Assembly (NCBI GenBank): GCA_044226015.1
Contig: JBGAHS010000012.1
Coordinates: 1 to 64,000 of the forward strand
Length of the DNA: 64,000 nucleotides
Source: Candidatus Obscuribacteraceae bacterium
GTDB taxonomy: Bacteria > Cyanobacteriota > Vampirovibrionia > Obscuribacterales > Obscuribacteraceae
Direction of reading: 5' to 3'
Shown: positions 1 through 9,929 of the stretch, piece by piece
How positions within the stretch are numbered: the first letter of the stretch is position 1
Layout of the letters: every line of letters starts with the position of its first letter
Notes under the pieces: model-generated
The model's input: the letters and a program-made list of their open reading frames with translations, nothing else
Told to the model about the DNA's origin: nothing
Databases searched by the model: none
Program-made: the position numbers and the translations under genes

Positions 1-2093
1 CTTTCACCTACAACGCTAGAGGGCAGGTTCTCACACGGACAGATGAAACTGGAATAGTCGATAAATTTGAATATGATACTGCCACCGAAGTGCTGCAGAA
101 TTCAATTCACGACTTTGGCACTGGGCAGCTCAATCTCACTACAGCATTCGGCTACGACGACATTGGAAATGCCACGAGCGTTACGGATCCGAACGGAAAT
201 ACCACGAGCTTTGATTTTGATAACGAGCGCAGAATGATTCAGCAGACGGATCCCTCACCGTTTGGCTTTGTCACTAACTGGAATTACGATGAAAATGGCT
301 GGAGAATCGCCTTAGAAAAGCAGACTGGTGATGAGGCAAATCCCTTTCAAACATGGCAATGGATCTACCAGGAAAATGGCTCGGTAAAATCGACAATTGA
401 CCCAGCGAACAATGCCACCACTTTTGAATACAACACAAACAATTGGTTAACAAAACGAACTGACGCTGAGAATCGAGTCTGGTCCTACAGCTACGATGAA
501 CTAGGCAGAATCAGCACCGTGACCGACCCGCTCTTGCAGATTTCAGAAACACGCACCTACACAGAGAACGGCTTGCTTGCCTCGCTAACAGACGCAAACT
601 CAAACACAACGAGCTATGAGTTTGACGGTTTCGACCGGCTCGACAAGAGAATCTATCCAGATGGCACGTTCGAACAGAATTCTGTTTATGACGACAATGG
701 AAATGTGCTCACCTATGTCACGCGTGCTGGCAGCGTAGATGTGTCACCGAGCCCTGGCGACATAATAGTGAGCACCTTTGACCCGCTCAACAGGCTGAGC
801 ACCAGGCAGCCAGGAACTCTGGCATTGCAGACCATGACCTATGATTTGGCAGGTAGATTGCTGAATATCAACACACCGACCGAGCCTGATGACCCTACTA
901 GTGGTGACTATGGCTACGATTACGATTCGGCAGGAAGGCTGATAGAGCAGAGCATGCCTGATGCGAAGGCTGTCGGTTACGAACTGGACGACAACGGCAA
1001 TAGGACGAAGCTGATTTATCCAGATGGATATTATGCATCTTATTTTTACGATGAGTTGAATCGCCTTACGGACATCAAGCTCAACGGAAGCGGCGCGGCA
1101 GCTGTCCATTTTGACTACGATGATCTCTCCAGTCGAACTCTTGTCACTTATGAGAATGGCTGCACGTGCGACTATGCCTACGCAATTAATGATGATTTGA
1201 CTGCACTGAATCAAGAGTTCACCGGAAGCGCTGTGAACTTCGCTTACAGTTACAACAAAGTGCACCAGGCGATTGCCATGTCTTGCAGCAACAAGGCTTT
1301 CGTTTGGACTCCAGGTGCATCTGCCACCACGGTGTATTCCGCTGCGAACAACCTCAATCAGTACCCCTCAGTTGCGGGCACCGGATATTCTTACAACAAA
1401 AATGGTTGCTTGACCGGCGGACCATTCTCAGCAACTTTTGATGTGCTCAATCGGATGACTCAAGTCGTGCTTGGCGGAACGACTAACGACTACATTCTTG
1501 ACCCGCTGAATAGGCAGGCTCGCAAGACAAGCAACACAGCCGAAACTAATTTCTTGTATGACGGGCAGCAGATGATTGCCGAATTTGATGACGGAGATGC
1601 GCTCGTAAACCGCTTCATCAGGGGCAATCGGGCAGACGAGATCTTCATCAAGATCGCTGGCTCTACCAAGACTTACCTGCATCATGATAGGCTAGGATCA
1701 GTGATTGCTCAGCCTGATGACTCAGGTGCTGTCTTGAACCGCTACAAATATGGACCATTTGGAGAAACTCCTAGCCTGACGGGAACGCCGTTTGGCTATA
1801 CCGGGCAACGCTATGACTCTGAAGTGGGCTTGTACAACTACAAGGCTCGGATTTACTCAACAGCGATTGGTCGGTTCTTGCAGCCTGATCCTATTGGATA
1901 CGATGCTGGAGACATGAATCTCTATTCCTGCGTGGGCAACAACGCGATTAATCTAATGGATCCCCTGGGTCTGGCAGCGATAGATCCCAAATTAGTAAAT
2001 CAGATGGCTACTATGCTATCAAACCCACAACGTATAGGCAACGGAATCACTGCGCTAGAGCTTGGGGGGCGCTTGGAAGTGGTGGAACTATGA
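1..2093 (+). CDS. Rhs/YD-repeat polymorphic toxin, 5'-partial; stops about 40 codons after the core because the toxin tip is out of frame
   Basis: Frame is open from the window edge (FTYNARGQVLTRTDETG...). Many YD repeats and Rhs core motifs: YLHHDRLGSV, FGYTGQRYD, LYNYKARIY, GRFLQPDPIG, DPLGL. Confidence 0.93.
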   Translation, partial: FTYNARGQVLTRTDETGIVDKFEYDTATEVLQNSIHDFGTGQLNLTTAFGYDDIGNATSVTDPNGNTTSFDFDNERRMIQQTDPSPFGFVTNWNYDENGWRIALEKQTGDEANPFQTWQWIYQENGSVKSTIDPANNATTFEYNTNNWLTKRTDAENRVWSYSYDELGRISTVTDPLLQISETRTYTENGLLASLTDANSNTTSYEFDGFDRLDKRIYPDGTFEQNSVYDDNGNVLTYVTRAGSVDVSPSPGDIIVSTFDPLNRLSTRQPGTLALQTMTYDLAGRLLNINTPTEPDDPTSGDYGYDYDSAGRLIEQSMPDAKAVGYELDDNGNRTKLIYPDGYYASYFYDELNRLTDIKLNGSGAAAVHFDYDDLSSRTLVTYENGCTCDYAYAINDDLTALNQEFTGSAVNFAYSYNKVHQAIAMSCSNKAFVWTPGASATTVYSAANNLNQYPSVAGTGYSYNKNGCLTGGPFSATFDVLNRMTQVVLGGTTNDYILDPLNRQARKTSNTAETNFLYDGQQMIAEFDDGDALVNRFIRGNRADEIFIKIAGSTKTYLHHDRLGSVIAQPDDSGAVLNRYKYGPFGETPSLTGTPFGYTGQRYDSEVGLYNYKARIYSTAIGRFLQPDPIGYDAGDMNLYSCVGNNAINLMDPLGLAAIDPKLVNQMATMLSNPQRIGNGITALELGGRLEVVEL

Positions 2094-2554
2094 CTCCGGT
2101 CTATTCGCAAAGAGTTTCCGTTGGGCAGGAACAATTGATTACCACAATGCCACTGCAGGAGTCCGGATTCCTTCTTTCCAAAGGTCAGGTACCTATCGCT
2201 AACTGGCATTCCCACCCTAATCTTCCTGGCTATGGCGGCGAATATTTGTCTCCAACTGATTACGCGGCTGCAAATTCGGGCAACCAAAATACCTATCTAT
2301 TGACGCCAACCGGTTGGGTTTTGAACTACCAAGGATCACAGAATGCCAACTTAACTAAATATGGCAACGAGGTATTTTCAACGTTGCCGCTCAGTTCTAC
2401 AAACATAAACGATACAACCCAAGTGAGTATTGCCGCGAAAGCTGCTACACCAGTCGGCTGGTTCGACTCATTGGGGCATTATTATGATGTAGTTCCGCTT
2501 CCAAAAGGCCAGTATGGTCCTTTGCAAGTGAAGCCCCGTTCATCTGGCTATTAG
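2090..2554 (+). CDS. JAB/MPN-like (DUF4329-type) domain; probable frameshifted Rhs C-terminal toxin
   Basis: WHSHP...LSPTD (HxH...SxxD) motif. One extra G in the G6 run at 2064-2069 joins it in frame to the Rhs as ELGGALGSGGTMTPV. Confidence 0.65.
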   Translation: MTPVYSQRVSVGQEQLITTMPLQESGFLLSKGQVPIANWHSHPNLPGYGGEYLSPTDYAAANSGNQNTYLLTPTGWVLNYQGSQNANLTKYGNEVFSTLPLSSTNINDTTQVSIAAKAATPVGWFDSLGHYYDVVPLPKGQYGPLQVKPRSSGY

Positions 2555-2556
2555 TT

Positions 2557-2907
2557 ATGGTGTCTTTCAATAAGGATTCAGCTATTCAGCAGTGGTTGAT
2601 GACGACTGCTGCAATCTCGCCACATGCTTTCGGTTCGGCAATGTATCTAATTGCTCCAGGCTGGACGATAATGGTACTATCATTTCGCCCGTTGATGATT
2701 GGCTTAGTAGTTTGGCACCTTGCTGGACTTTTGGTACTTTCAAGAGCAAAGACACGACAACTGCAGATGTCCGTATTTCTCGTTTTCGTTTTTCCATTGT
2801 TATTGAGTCCAATAGCTCTGCCGTTTTATGTTGCTTATCTCCAGCCCTGCAATGTGTTTGCAGTTCCCACCCCTACCACAAAAACTCAAACAACTAACAA
2901 TCCATGA
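2557..2907 (+). CDS. Small membrane protein, candidate Rhs immunity protein
   Basis: 116 aa with 2-3 hydrophobic segments; ATG lies 2 nt after the toxin-domain stop. Confidence 0.45.
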   Translation: MVSFNKDSAIQQWLMTTAAISPHAFGSAMYLIAPGWTIMVLSFRPLMIGLVVWHLAGLLVLSRAKTRQLQMSVFLVFVFPLLLSPIALPFYVAYLQPCNVFAVPTPTTKTQTTNNP

Positions 2908-2964
2908 AAGATGCCTTTGCTGCGCCACCATATATAGTGTCGCCGCAGGATAAAGGAACCCAAA

Positions 2965-4272
2965 TTACACGCTAGCTGCTACAGCTTTATTGGGCTCGCC
3001 TTCTGATTCTTGCGCTGCTGTTGCTGTATCGGTTTCTGTAGCATCATCGCTAGCCTTATTTCTTTCATTGAAAACAATCTTCAGTAGGAAGAATAGAGCT
3101 ACAACGCCAGCAATGTTCATTGCAGCATCTGTCCATAGTAGTCCTTTGACGCCAAATGCTTTGTTCGATTGCCCGTCAATGAACAAGGTGTAAGCGATAG
3201 CCTGATTTCCTGCTGCAGGAAACACCGAATACAAGGTAGAGGCGGTACTGCCTGCGGTGCCGACTATCTCGTATACAACTGCTGAGAATGCCGCATATGC
3301 CAGACCCGCTATGAGCAAATAGGTCAACACTCCAATCATGTAAGTCGTAGGGGTCAACGGCGCGAGTGCCATACCGACTGCGCAGGCTGCTGTAAGAATT
3401 CCTGCTAGCAGGTAAAGTTTGCGGCGATCAGCTCTGTCCAAAATGTAACCGCTAGCCAGGGCTCCCAATGCTGTGATGAATCCGCCACCATAACCATTTA
3501 CCAGTTCGACAGTCTGGCTTGAAACATGGTAATCAGTTCCCATGCCCGAGAACAAATTTGTAAGAGCAACAGTTCCCACTGGTGAAATGCAGAAGAGCAA
3601 TCCTGTCCATCCTCTTCTAGCGCTAACGGCGCGCCATACTTCCCTGCGCATGTTTCCGAGGTGCTGCAGAATAGGTTCTTTTATTGGTCCTGCTTCCTGA
3701 ATTGTCAGTGCTGCAAGTGAAGGCAAGCATATGGACAGAAACAGCACAGCAGCAGCTGCGTGAATTGATACTGTATTTGCAAGAGTCAGAACAAGCCCGC
3801 CTCCTAGTGCTGCTGCCCCAAGGTTTGCCGCATTCACAAAACCAGCTGCACGCCCGCGTTTTGACGGGTCAACTGTAGTGGAAACCAGTGCTCCATTGCA
3901 GGAAGCTACGAGTCCTACAAGACCCTGTCCCAATGTCAAAATGATTTCGTACAAAAGCAAGTTTTTTTGTACATCTATGTAAAATGTCGCAGCCAATGCT
4001 ATTGCGCCGAGTGTGGCGCAGAGAACTAGCCAGGCTCGGCGTCTGATGCCGAGGTCAATAATTGGTGCCCAGAACAATTGATATGCTGCGGGAAGAAATG
4101 CAATCGCAGATACAACTGCGATTTGCTCGATTGGCAAACCTGCCTTTCTTAGCAAGAATGGAACCGCCACTCCTGAATAGGTTCCTGCGACTCCATAAGG
4201 AATGTTGGTGATTCCAAAAATCCAGGGAGGTGACTTCATTTCTTGCTGCTCGCCCATACTTTCACTTCCCAT
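2965..4272 (-). CDS. MFS transporter (AmpG-like)
   Basis: About 12 TM segments; QLFWAPIID..RRRAW and GYILDRADRR loop motifs. Confidence 0.85.
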   Translation of the reverse strand: MGSESMGEQQEMKSPPWIFGITNIPYGVAGTYSGVAVPFLLRKAGLPIEQIAVVSAIAFLPAAYQLFWAPIIDLGIRRRAWLVLCATLGAIALAATFYIDVQKNLLLYEIILTLGQGLVGLVASCNGALVSTTVDPSKRGRAAGFVNAANLGAAALGGGLVLTLANTVSIHAAAAVLFLSICLPSLAALTIQEAGPIKEPILQHLGNMRREVWRAVSARRGWTGLLFCISPVGTVALTNLFSGMGTDYHVSSQTVELVNGYGGGFITALGALASGYILDRADRRKLYLLAGILTAACAVGMALAPLTPTTYMIGVLTYLLIAGLAYAAFSAVVYEIVGTAGSTASTLYSVFPAAGNQAIAYTLFIDGQSNKAFGVKGLLWTDAAMNIAGVVALFFLLKIVFNERNKASDDATETDTATAAQESEGEPNKAVAASV

Positions 4273-4505
4273 TTATAATCAACGCTGCCAGCACATGCAC
4301 CTGAGCTTGCTGCTGCAAGACCTGCGGTGATGCGATTCGGTCAAGATGCTGAAATATTATCAGAGACTTCTCCTTGCATCTATACATAGGAGGGGATAAC
4401 TTGCCATGAATTGTGCATTATGAAATTTTCGGAATCTTTCTCTTCCAATCTTTTTAAGGGCGAAATCTGTGCCAAGATCATCTCTGTCTTTTCACAGCAA
4501 TCGCT

Positions 4506-6098
4506 ATGCTGAACTTACTAAAATCAATCTGTCTCTTACTCGTACTTTCGCTGTCGCTCTCGGCTTGTTCTTCCGTGCAACGAGGACCTGAGCGAGACAC
4601 AATGCGCATTAACTTGGGTGCAGAGCCGCCTGGGCTTGATTGGCATGTGAACACCGACAACACGTCGTTTGATGTTGTGTGCAATATGATGGTCGGCTTG
4701 ACTCAATATCGAAATGATTTGAGTGTTGCGCCGTCTATTGCCGAGAGCTGGGACATTTTGGATGGGGGGAAGAAGTACGTTTTTCATTTGCGAAAAGATG
4801 CAAAATGGAGTGATGGAAAGCCGGTACTAGCGCAAGACTTCGACTATGCCTGGCGTCGTCTTTTAGACCCGGAAACGGCAGCACCATATGCGTTTTTTCT
4901 CTACGATATCGACAGAGCTTTTGAGTACAACACTGGAGTCGAGAAGGACCAAACGAAGTTAGGCATCAAGGTTATTGATGATTGGACTATTGAAGTGCGG
5001 CTGAAAAAGCCCGCGTCGTATTTCTTGACTCTAACTGCTATTTGCGCAGCTTTCCCCATGCGGAAAGACATAATCGAAAAATATGGCAAGACCTGGACAG
5101 ATGTGGGTCATATGGTCGTAAATGGACCTTTCATGTTGCATGATTGGATGCATGAATACAAGATCGAGCTGGTATCAAATCCCCTCTACATCGGCGGTGA
5201 ACCAAAGATCAAGAAGATCAAAATGTTCATGATTCCTGAGCAAGCAACGGCATTTGCGCTTTACGAAAACGATCAGCTCGACTACATAGACAACAGAAGC
5301 TTTCCCACTTCAGATGTCTACGAGTGCAAGGACTCACCTGAGTACCATAACTTTCCTCTGCTGAGAAATAACTACATCGGCTTCAATGTAGATAAGAAGC
5401 CATTCGATGATAAAAGAGTTCGGCTGGCTTTTTCCATGGGTTTAGATCGGCGCATTTTCGGCGAGATTCTTCGACGCTCTGAGAAAGCCTCCAGTACATG
5501 GATTCCCGAAGGAATGATCGGCTATTCACCTGAATCGGGACCAAAATTTGACCCCAAGAGAGCCAGGGAATTACTGGCAGAGGCTGGTTATCCTGACGGA
5601 AAAAACTTTCCTCAAGTTGAGATTCTCTATCCAACGCGAGAAGATGCTCGCTTAGTTATGGAAGCCGTACAAGATCAGATAAAGCGCAATTTGAACATTC
5701 ATGTTGATCTCGTAAACAACGAGTGGAAAGTATATTTGCGCAAGCTCAGGACTGATCCCCCGCCAATTTTTCGTGCATCCTGGGGGGCTGATTATCCTGA
5801 CCCTGAAACGTTTGCCAACATTTTCACAAGTCACAATGGAAATAACAACACTCACTGGAAGAGTGCCGATTACGATAAGTTGATTGACCAGGCAGAAGGC
5901 GAACAAGACCAGAAGGTGCGCGCTGCGTTGTACCAGAAGTCAGATCAGATTGTCTGCAAAGACGAAGCTGTCATTGCTTGCACCTATCTCTCTACGCAAA
6001 ACATAATGACAAAGCCCTGGTTAAGAGGAATTGCGATCAACAGTCTTGATCTTCAATTCTTCAAAGACGCTGTTGTCGACAACAACTGGAAGCCCTAA
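4506..6098 (+). CDS. oppA: Oligopeptide ABC transporter substrate-binding lipoprotein
   Basis: Lipobox LSAC; LRKDAKWSDGKPV, NGPF and WGADYPDP family-5 SBP motifs. Confidence 0.92.
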   Translation: MLNLLKSICLLLVLSLSLSACSSVQRGPERDTMRINLGAEPPGLDWHVNTDNTSFDVVCNMMVGLTQYRNDLSVAPSIAESWDILDGGKKYVFHLRKDAKWSDGKPVLAQDFDYAWRRLLDPETAAPYAFFLYDIDRAFEYNTGVEKDQTKLGIKVIDDWTIEVRLKKPASYFLTLTAICAAFPMRKDIIEKYGKTWTDVGHMVVNGPFMLHDWMHEYKIELVSNPLYIGGEPKIKKIKMFMIPEQATAFALYENDQLDYIDNRSFPTSDVYECKDSPEYHNFPLLRNNYIGFNVDKKPFDDKRVRLAFSMGLDRRIFGEILRRSEKASSTWIPEGMIGYSPESGPKFDPKRARELLAEAGYPDGKNFPQVEILYPTREDARLVMEAVQDQIKRNLNIHVDLVNNEWKVYLRKLRTDPPPIFRASWGADYPDPETFANIFTSHNGNNNTHWKSADYDKLIDQAEGEQDQKVRAALYQKSDQIVCKDEAVIACTYLSTQNIMTKPWLRGIAINSLDLQFFKDAVVDNNWKP

Positions 6099-6105
6099 AA
6101 ACGCC

Positions 6106-6135
6106 AGCCGGCATCAGCTTTCGCTTTTGCCGGCT
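6106..6135. terminator. GC-rich hairpin after oppA (possible terminator or mRNA stabiliser)
   Basis: AGCCGGCA (6106-6113) pairs with TGCCGGCT (6128-6135), with an inner AGC/GCT stem. No clear U tract. Confidence 0.45.
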
Positions 6136-6441
6136 TCTACAGATGAATCACGATGTCCGTCCACCCCCCGTGACCGAACAAAGCACTTCAACTGGTGGGA
6201 TGTTTTGATATTAATCGGCCCTGTGCGAGAAAACACTGTAGCAAACCACAGAATTACCCTGTCGAGATTTACTCTAGCACTGTGTTTATCCTCGCTTTTG
6301 CTTAGTCTGCTTTCACACAACCCAACTTTTTCCTCACTCATTTGAGTGAGAATCTTTGGGCCATTCAAAATTGTGATGGAGTGGTGATCTTTTGCTTCCA
6401 TAGGGTAAATAATTCGCGGGCTCCTTCATGTAGTTAGTAAG

Positions 6442-7941
6442 ATGGCTGAACCGCAAGACGACAGCATTTGTCGACTTATCCGGCATCTTAGCGTGCTCAA
6501 TGAGACGCTAGACTCCGACGTAGCAATAAATAGCGACCACAGCAGGGCTATAAAAGTTCTGAGGCACTCGCTATTGCATGCTCTCGACAATGTAGATGAT
6601 AGTCTGAGAGCTCTGAAAGATGTTGTGAGTCAAATTGACACGAAATTTGCACACAAAACTGCTGTTTTATCTGACAAAGGGAAAATTCACTCGTATGAGT
6701 TAGCTCTGGAAGAATTATTGGGTGGAGGGGTGAGCGACAGCCTTTTCTCCAATTCTTCAAAAAAGGCCAGGTTTTGCGATGAGGAAGGAACACCGTTTAG
6801 TTCCTCAAAGTTACCCTGGAAAAATCCAAAAGACGAAGAGCACTTTACTCCTCACTTGTCTTTTCGAGAAACGAAGAGCGAAGAGTCCAGGGCTCTTTCT
6901 TGCCTTGTTACCCAGCTTAAAAGTGGCAACAAAAAAGGAAAGAAAGAGAAAACAAGCGCAGTTCTTTTTGCTGACCTTAGCGGGTTTATTGAGTCAGCGA
7001 ATAAATTTACCGAAGCTGCCAAAAAGCTGGAGGAAAGCCAATTTGAAATTCTTGATGGCACACTGGAAATTCTCGAACTCTTAAAGCGAATCAAAGAACA
7101 GAATGAGCTTTCCACATCAGACGAGGCTGAAGAAGCTGAGCTTCCGCGCACCAGCGAAAGACCACCAGAGCTTGATGAAGCCGTTCAAAGCGGAAAAGTC
7201 TTAATCGTTGATGATATTCCAATCAATTTGAAACTTATGGCACGGCGGCTTGAGAAGCTGAAATTCAGCGCCGATTTTGCAAGAAATGGTAAAGAGGGCT
7301 TGGAACTGGCGCTTGCAAATCACTACGATTTAATTTTCATGGATTGCGACATGCCCGTGATGAACGGCTTTGAGGCGACTAAATTGATTCGCCAGGCTGA
7401 ATTGAATACGGGCAAACATGTACCGATAGTTGCCATGACTGCGTATGACCGCGAGGATGATCGCGAAAAATGTCTATCTTCAGGAATGGACGAGTATTTG
7501 AGCAAAGGTGCCAGCGCCAACTTGCTGGCTGAGATTGTTGATTGGTGCGTGCGACGCAGCATGAAGCAAATACAAAAGCATTTGAACATTTCCGACTATG
7601 AGGAAGAGCTTGACCTGAAGAGCCTTTCCGAAATGTACGAGCAGGAAGAGCTTGACGAGATTCTTGATTTGTTTTTGCCATCTACGAACACTTTGATGCG
7701 CTGCTTGAAAATGAGTATGGATGACCGAGATATACGTTCTATCGGACATTTTGCATATTCTTTGAAAGGACCATTTTCGTCATTGGGTATGGTTTTGACT
7801 GGGCAGCTCACCGCACGCCTTACTGATGCTGCCGAGGAAGGGCAGTGGGATGAAGCCAATGATTACTTCGACATGCTTTGTCGCAACTGCGAAGCGATGA
7901 GACGTCAGTTGGAAGATCGTCAGGCTAAAGCCAGCCATTAG
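6442..7941 (+). CDS. Response regulator with receiver and Hpt domains
   Basis: VLIVDD, IFMDCDMP, IVAMTA, GMDEYLSK receiver motifs. C-terminal helical Hpt-like domain GHFAYSLKG, where the usual AHxLKG histidine position reads Y. Confidence 0.8.
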   Translation: MAEPQDDSICRLIRHLSVLNETLDSDVAINSDHSRAIKVLRHSLLHALDNVDDSLRALKDVVSQIDTKFAHKTAVLSDKGKIHSYELALEELLGGGVSDSLFSNSSKKARFCDEEGTPFSSSKLPWKNPKDEEHFTPHLSFRETKSEESRALSCLVTQLKSGNKKGKKEKTSAVLFADLSGFIESANKFTEAAKKLEESQFEILDGTLEILELLKRIKEQNELSTSDEAEEAELPRTSERPPELDEAVQSGKVLIVDDIPINLKLMARRLEKLKFSADFARNGKEGLELALANHYDLIFMDCDMPVMNGFEATKLIRQAELNTGKHVPIVAMTAYDREDDREKCLSSGMDEYLSKGASANLLAEIVDWCVRRSMKQIQKHLNISDYEEELDLKSLSEMYEQEELDEILDLFLPSTNTLMRCLKMSMDDRDIRSIGHFAYSLKGPFSSLGMVLTGQLTARLTDAAEEGQWDEANDYFDMLCRNCEAMRRQLEDRQAKASH

Positions 7942-7996
7942 ATCTCTCATCGATGATTTTGTGATAAAGTACGGCGAGTCCCTGCTTTGAACCCAC

Positions 7997-8917
7997 ATGT
8001 TTGTATTAGTATTCAAGAGAATTTTGTCGGCTCTTCCAGTATTATGGATTGTCGCCAGCCTTACTTTTGTTATGGTGCGAATTGTACCGGGAGGACCTTT
8101 CGATCTTGATAAAGCGTTGCCACCAGAGATAGTGGCGAACATCAAAGCCAAATATCATTTGGATAGACCAATACCAGAGCAATACATGCTATACATGGGA
8201 AGGCTATGTCAGGGCGACCTGGGTGTTTCTTACAAGTACGCAAACCGCACAGTCAATGATATTTTGATTGACGCTTTGCCGGTTTCATTGCAGCTGGGCA
8301 TTGTAGGACTTGCAATAGCTATTTGTGTTGGTGTTCCATTGGGAACTGCGGCTGCGTTGAAGCGCGGTTCTTTTCTCGATGGTGCCTGCATGTTGATTGC
8401 GGGCTTAGGCGTTTCGGTGCCCAGCTTTGTTGTGGGCGCAGTATTGATTTTCATTTTTGGTATTTGGTTGAAGATACTACCAGTGGCTTTATGGGAATCT
8501 TGGCGGCATATCATTCTTCCTGCTCTTACCCTGGCCGCCAGCCCCACTGCTTATCTTGCAAGACTCACGCGCTCGAGCGTTCTCGAAGTTCTCGAACGCG
8601 ATTGGGTAAGAACCGCCAGATGCAAGGGACTCGATTTTTGGAGTACAGTTCGTCTTCATGTACTCAGGAATGCGCTCATTCCTGTTGTCACCGTTTTAGG
8701 ACCACTAAGCGCTATTTTGATTACAGGTTCTTTCGTCGTCGAATACATCTATGCAATTCCGGGGATGGGGCGGTTCTTTATTACTGCTGTTACTAATAGA
8801 GATTACGATCTCATTATCGGTACAACCCTTGTTTTTGGCTTCTTGCTCATTATCACCAACACAATTGTTGATATCGCGTATATGTATCTTGATCCCCGAA
8901 TTAAAGTCGAGGGCTAA
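7997..8917 (+). CDS. oppB: Oligopeptide ABC transporter permease
   Basis: PGGPF, GDLGVS, VRTARCKGL...HVLRNALIP and FITAVTNRDY motifs. Confidence 0.93.
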   Translation: MFVLVFKRILSALPVLWIVASLTFVMVRIVPGGPFDLDKALPPEIVANIKAKYHLDRPIPEQYMLYMGRLCQGDLGVSYKYANRTVNDILIDALPVSLQLGIVGLAIAICVGVPLGTAAALKRGSFLDGACMLIAGLGVSVPSFVVGAVLIFIFGIWLKILPVALWESWRHIILPALTLAASPTAYLARLTRSSVLEVLERDWVRTARCKGLDFWSTVRLHVLRNALIPVVTVLGPLSAILITGSFVVEYIYAIPGMGRFFITAVTNRDYDLIIGTTLVFGFLLIITNTIVDIAYMYLDPRIKVEG

Positions 8918-8920
8918 ATC

Positions 8921-9829
8921 ATGGGTGGAGTGACAGCGCCAGCACCAGCACCAATCGATGCCGCCAGAAAAGGCAAGCCTCAAGGGCTCTGGTCTCTTGC
9001 TTTTGCGCGGCTCTCTAAGATGCCTCGTGCAATGGTTTGTTTCTGGATAATTATTGCTCTAGTTGCTATTTCTCTTGGTTCATGGCTTGGTGTTCCATTC
9101 ACTCAATATGGTTATGACCAGACATCAGCAGAAATTCTCGCTGGTCCTTCTGCGCAGCACCTGATGGGCACTGATGAACTCGGAAGAGACCTTTTAACGC
9201 GCATCATATTTGGTGCCCGGCTTTCAATTGCCATTGGTGTGACCATTGCTGGAATGGCTTTCGTTATTGGCACCAGCTATGGTTCTATCGCTGGATTTTA
9301 TGGTGGGAAAATCGATAGCATAATGATGCGTGGTGTAGACATTGCCTATGCGCTACCTGATTTGCTCGTGATGATTCTCATTGGCGTGCTGGTGGGGCGC
9401 GGCACGGTCGGAATCTTACTCTCTCTTGGGCTTGTTAGCTGGATGGGTACTGCCCGTCTTGTGCGCGCGCAGCTCTTGCAACTCCAGAGTGAAGAATTCA
9501 TAGATGCCGCTCGGTCTGCGGGGCGAAATACTTTCGAGATAATCGTTAAGCACATGCTTCCTAATGCTATGGGGCCAATTATTGTCGCCCTGACTTTTAC
9601 AGTGCCTTCGGCAATTTTGTCAGAATCGACATTGAGTTTCATTGGGCTCGGGCTCTCTCCGCCGGCGTGCAGTTGGGGTACGCTTGCTTCAGATGGTTGG
9701 CGTTCTTTGCGAACCCACCCACATCTGATTCTGTTTCCCAGTCTTTTTATCTTCATTACCGTTCTCTCGTTTAATCAACTGGGAGATGCACTGCGAGACG
9801 CTTTGGACCCACGTACTCGCAAACGTTAG
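8921..9829 (+). CDS. oppC: Oligopeptide ABC transporter permease
   Basis: HLMGTDELGRDLLTRI, EFIDAARSAG, LSFIGLG and GDALRDALDPR motifs. Confidence 0.93.
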   Translation: MGGVTAPAPAPIDAARKGKPQGLWSLAFARLSKMPRAMVCFWIIIALVAISLGSWLGVPFTQYGYDQTSAEILAGPSAQHLMGTDELGRDLLTRIIFGARLSIAIGVTIAGMAFVIGTSYGSIAGFYGGKIDSIMMRGVDIAYALPDLLVMILIGVLVGRGTVGILLSLGLVSWMGTARLVRAQLLQLQSEEFIDAARSAGRNTFEIIVKHMLPNAMGPIIVALTFTVPSAILSESTLSFIGLGLSPPACSWGTLASDGWRSLRTHPHLILFPSLFIFITVLSFNQLGDALRDALDPRTRKR

Positions 9830-9929
9830 GGGTTTGTTGCCATAAGCGACAAATAAATTCTTCTCTTCTGCGCAAGCGCATTCTTGCCTCGCCTTGTAAG
9901 ATGGCAATAGGTGTGTTGAGGATGCTGCT

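Noticed and set aside
6031..6401. Small ORFs between oppA and the REC-Hpt gene, and a GCGAAAGC hairpin resembling a c-di-GMP riboswitch part
   Set aside because: The ORFs have no motifs or clear RBS. The hairpin lacks the second stem and receptor of that riboswitch and is better explained as a simple stem-loop.
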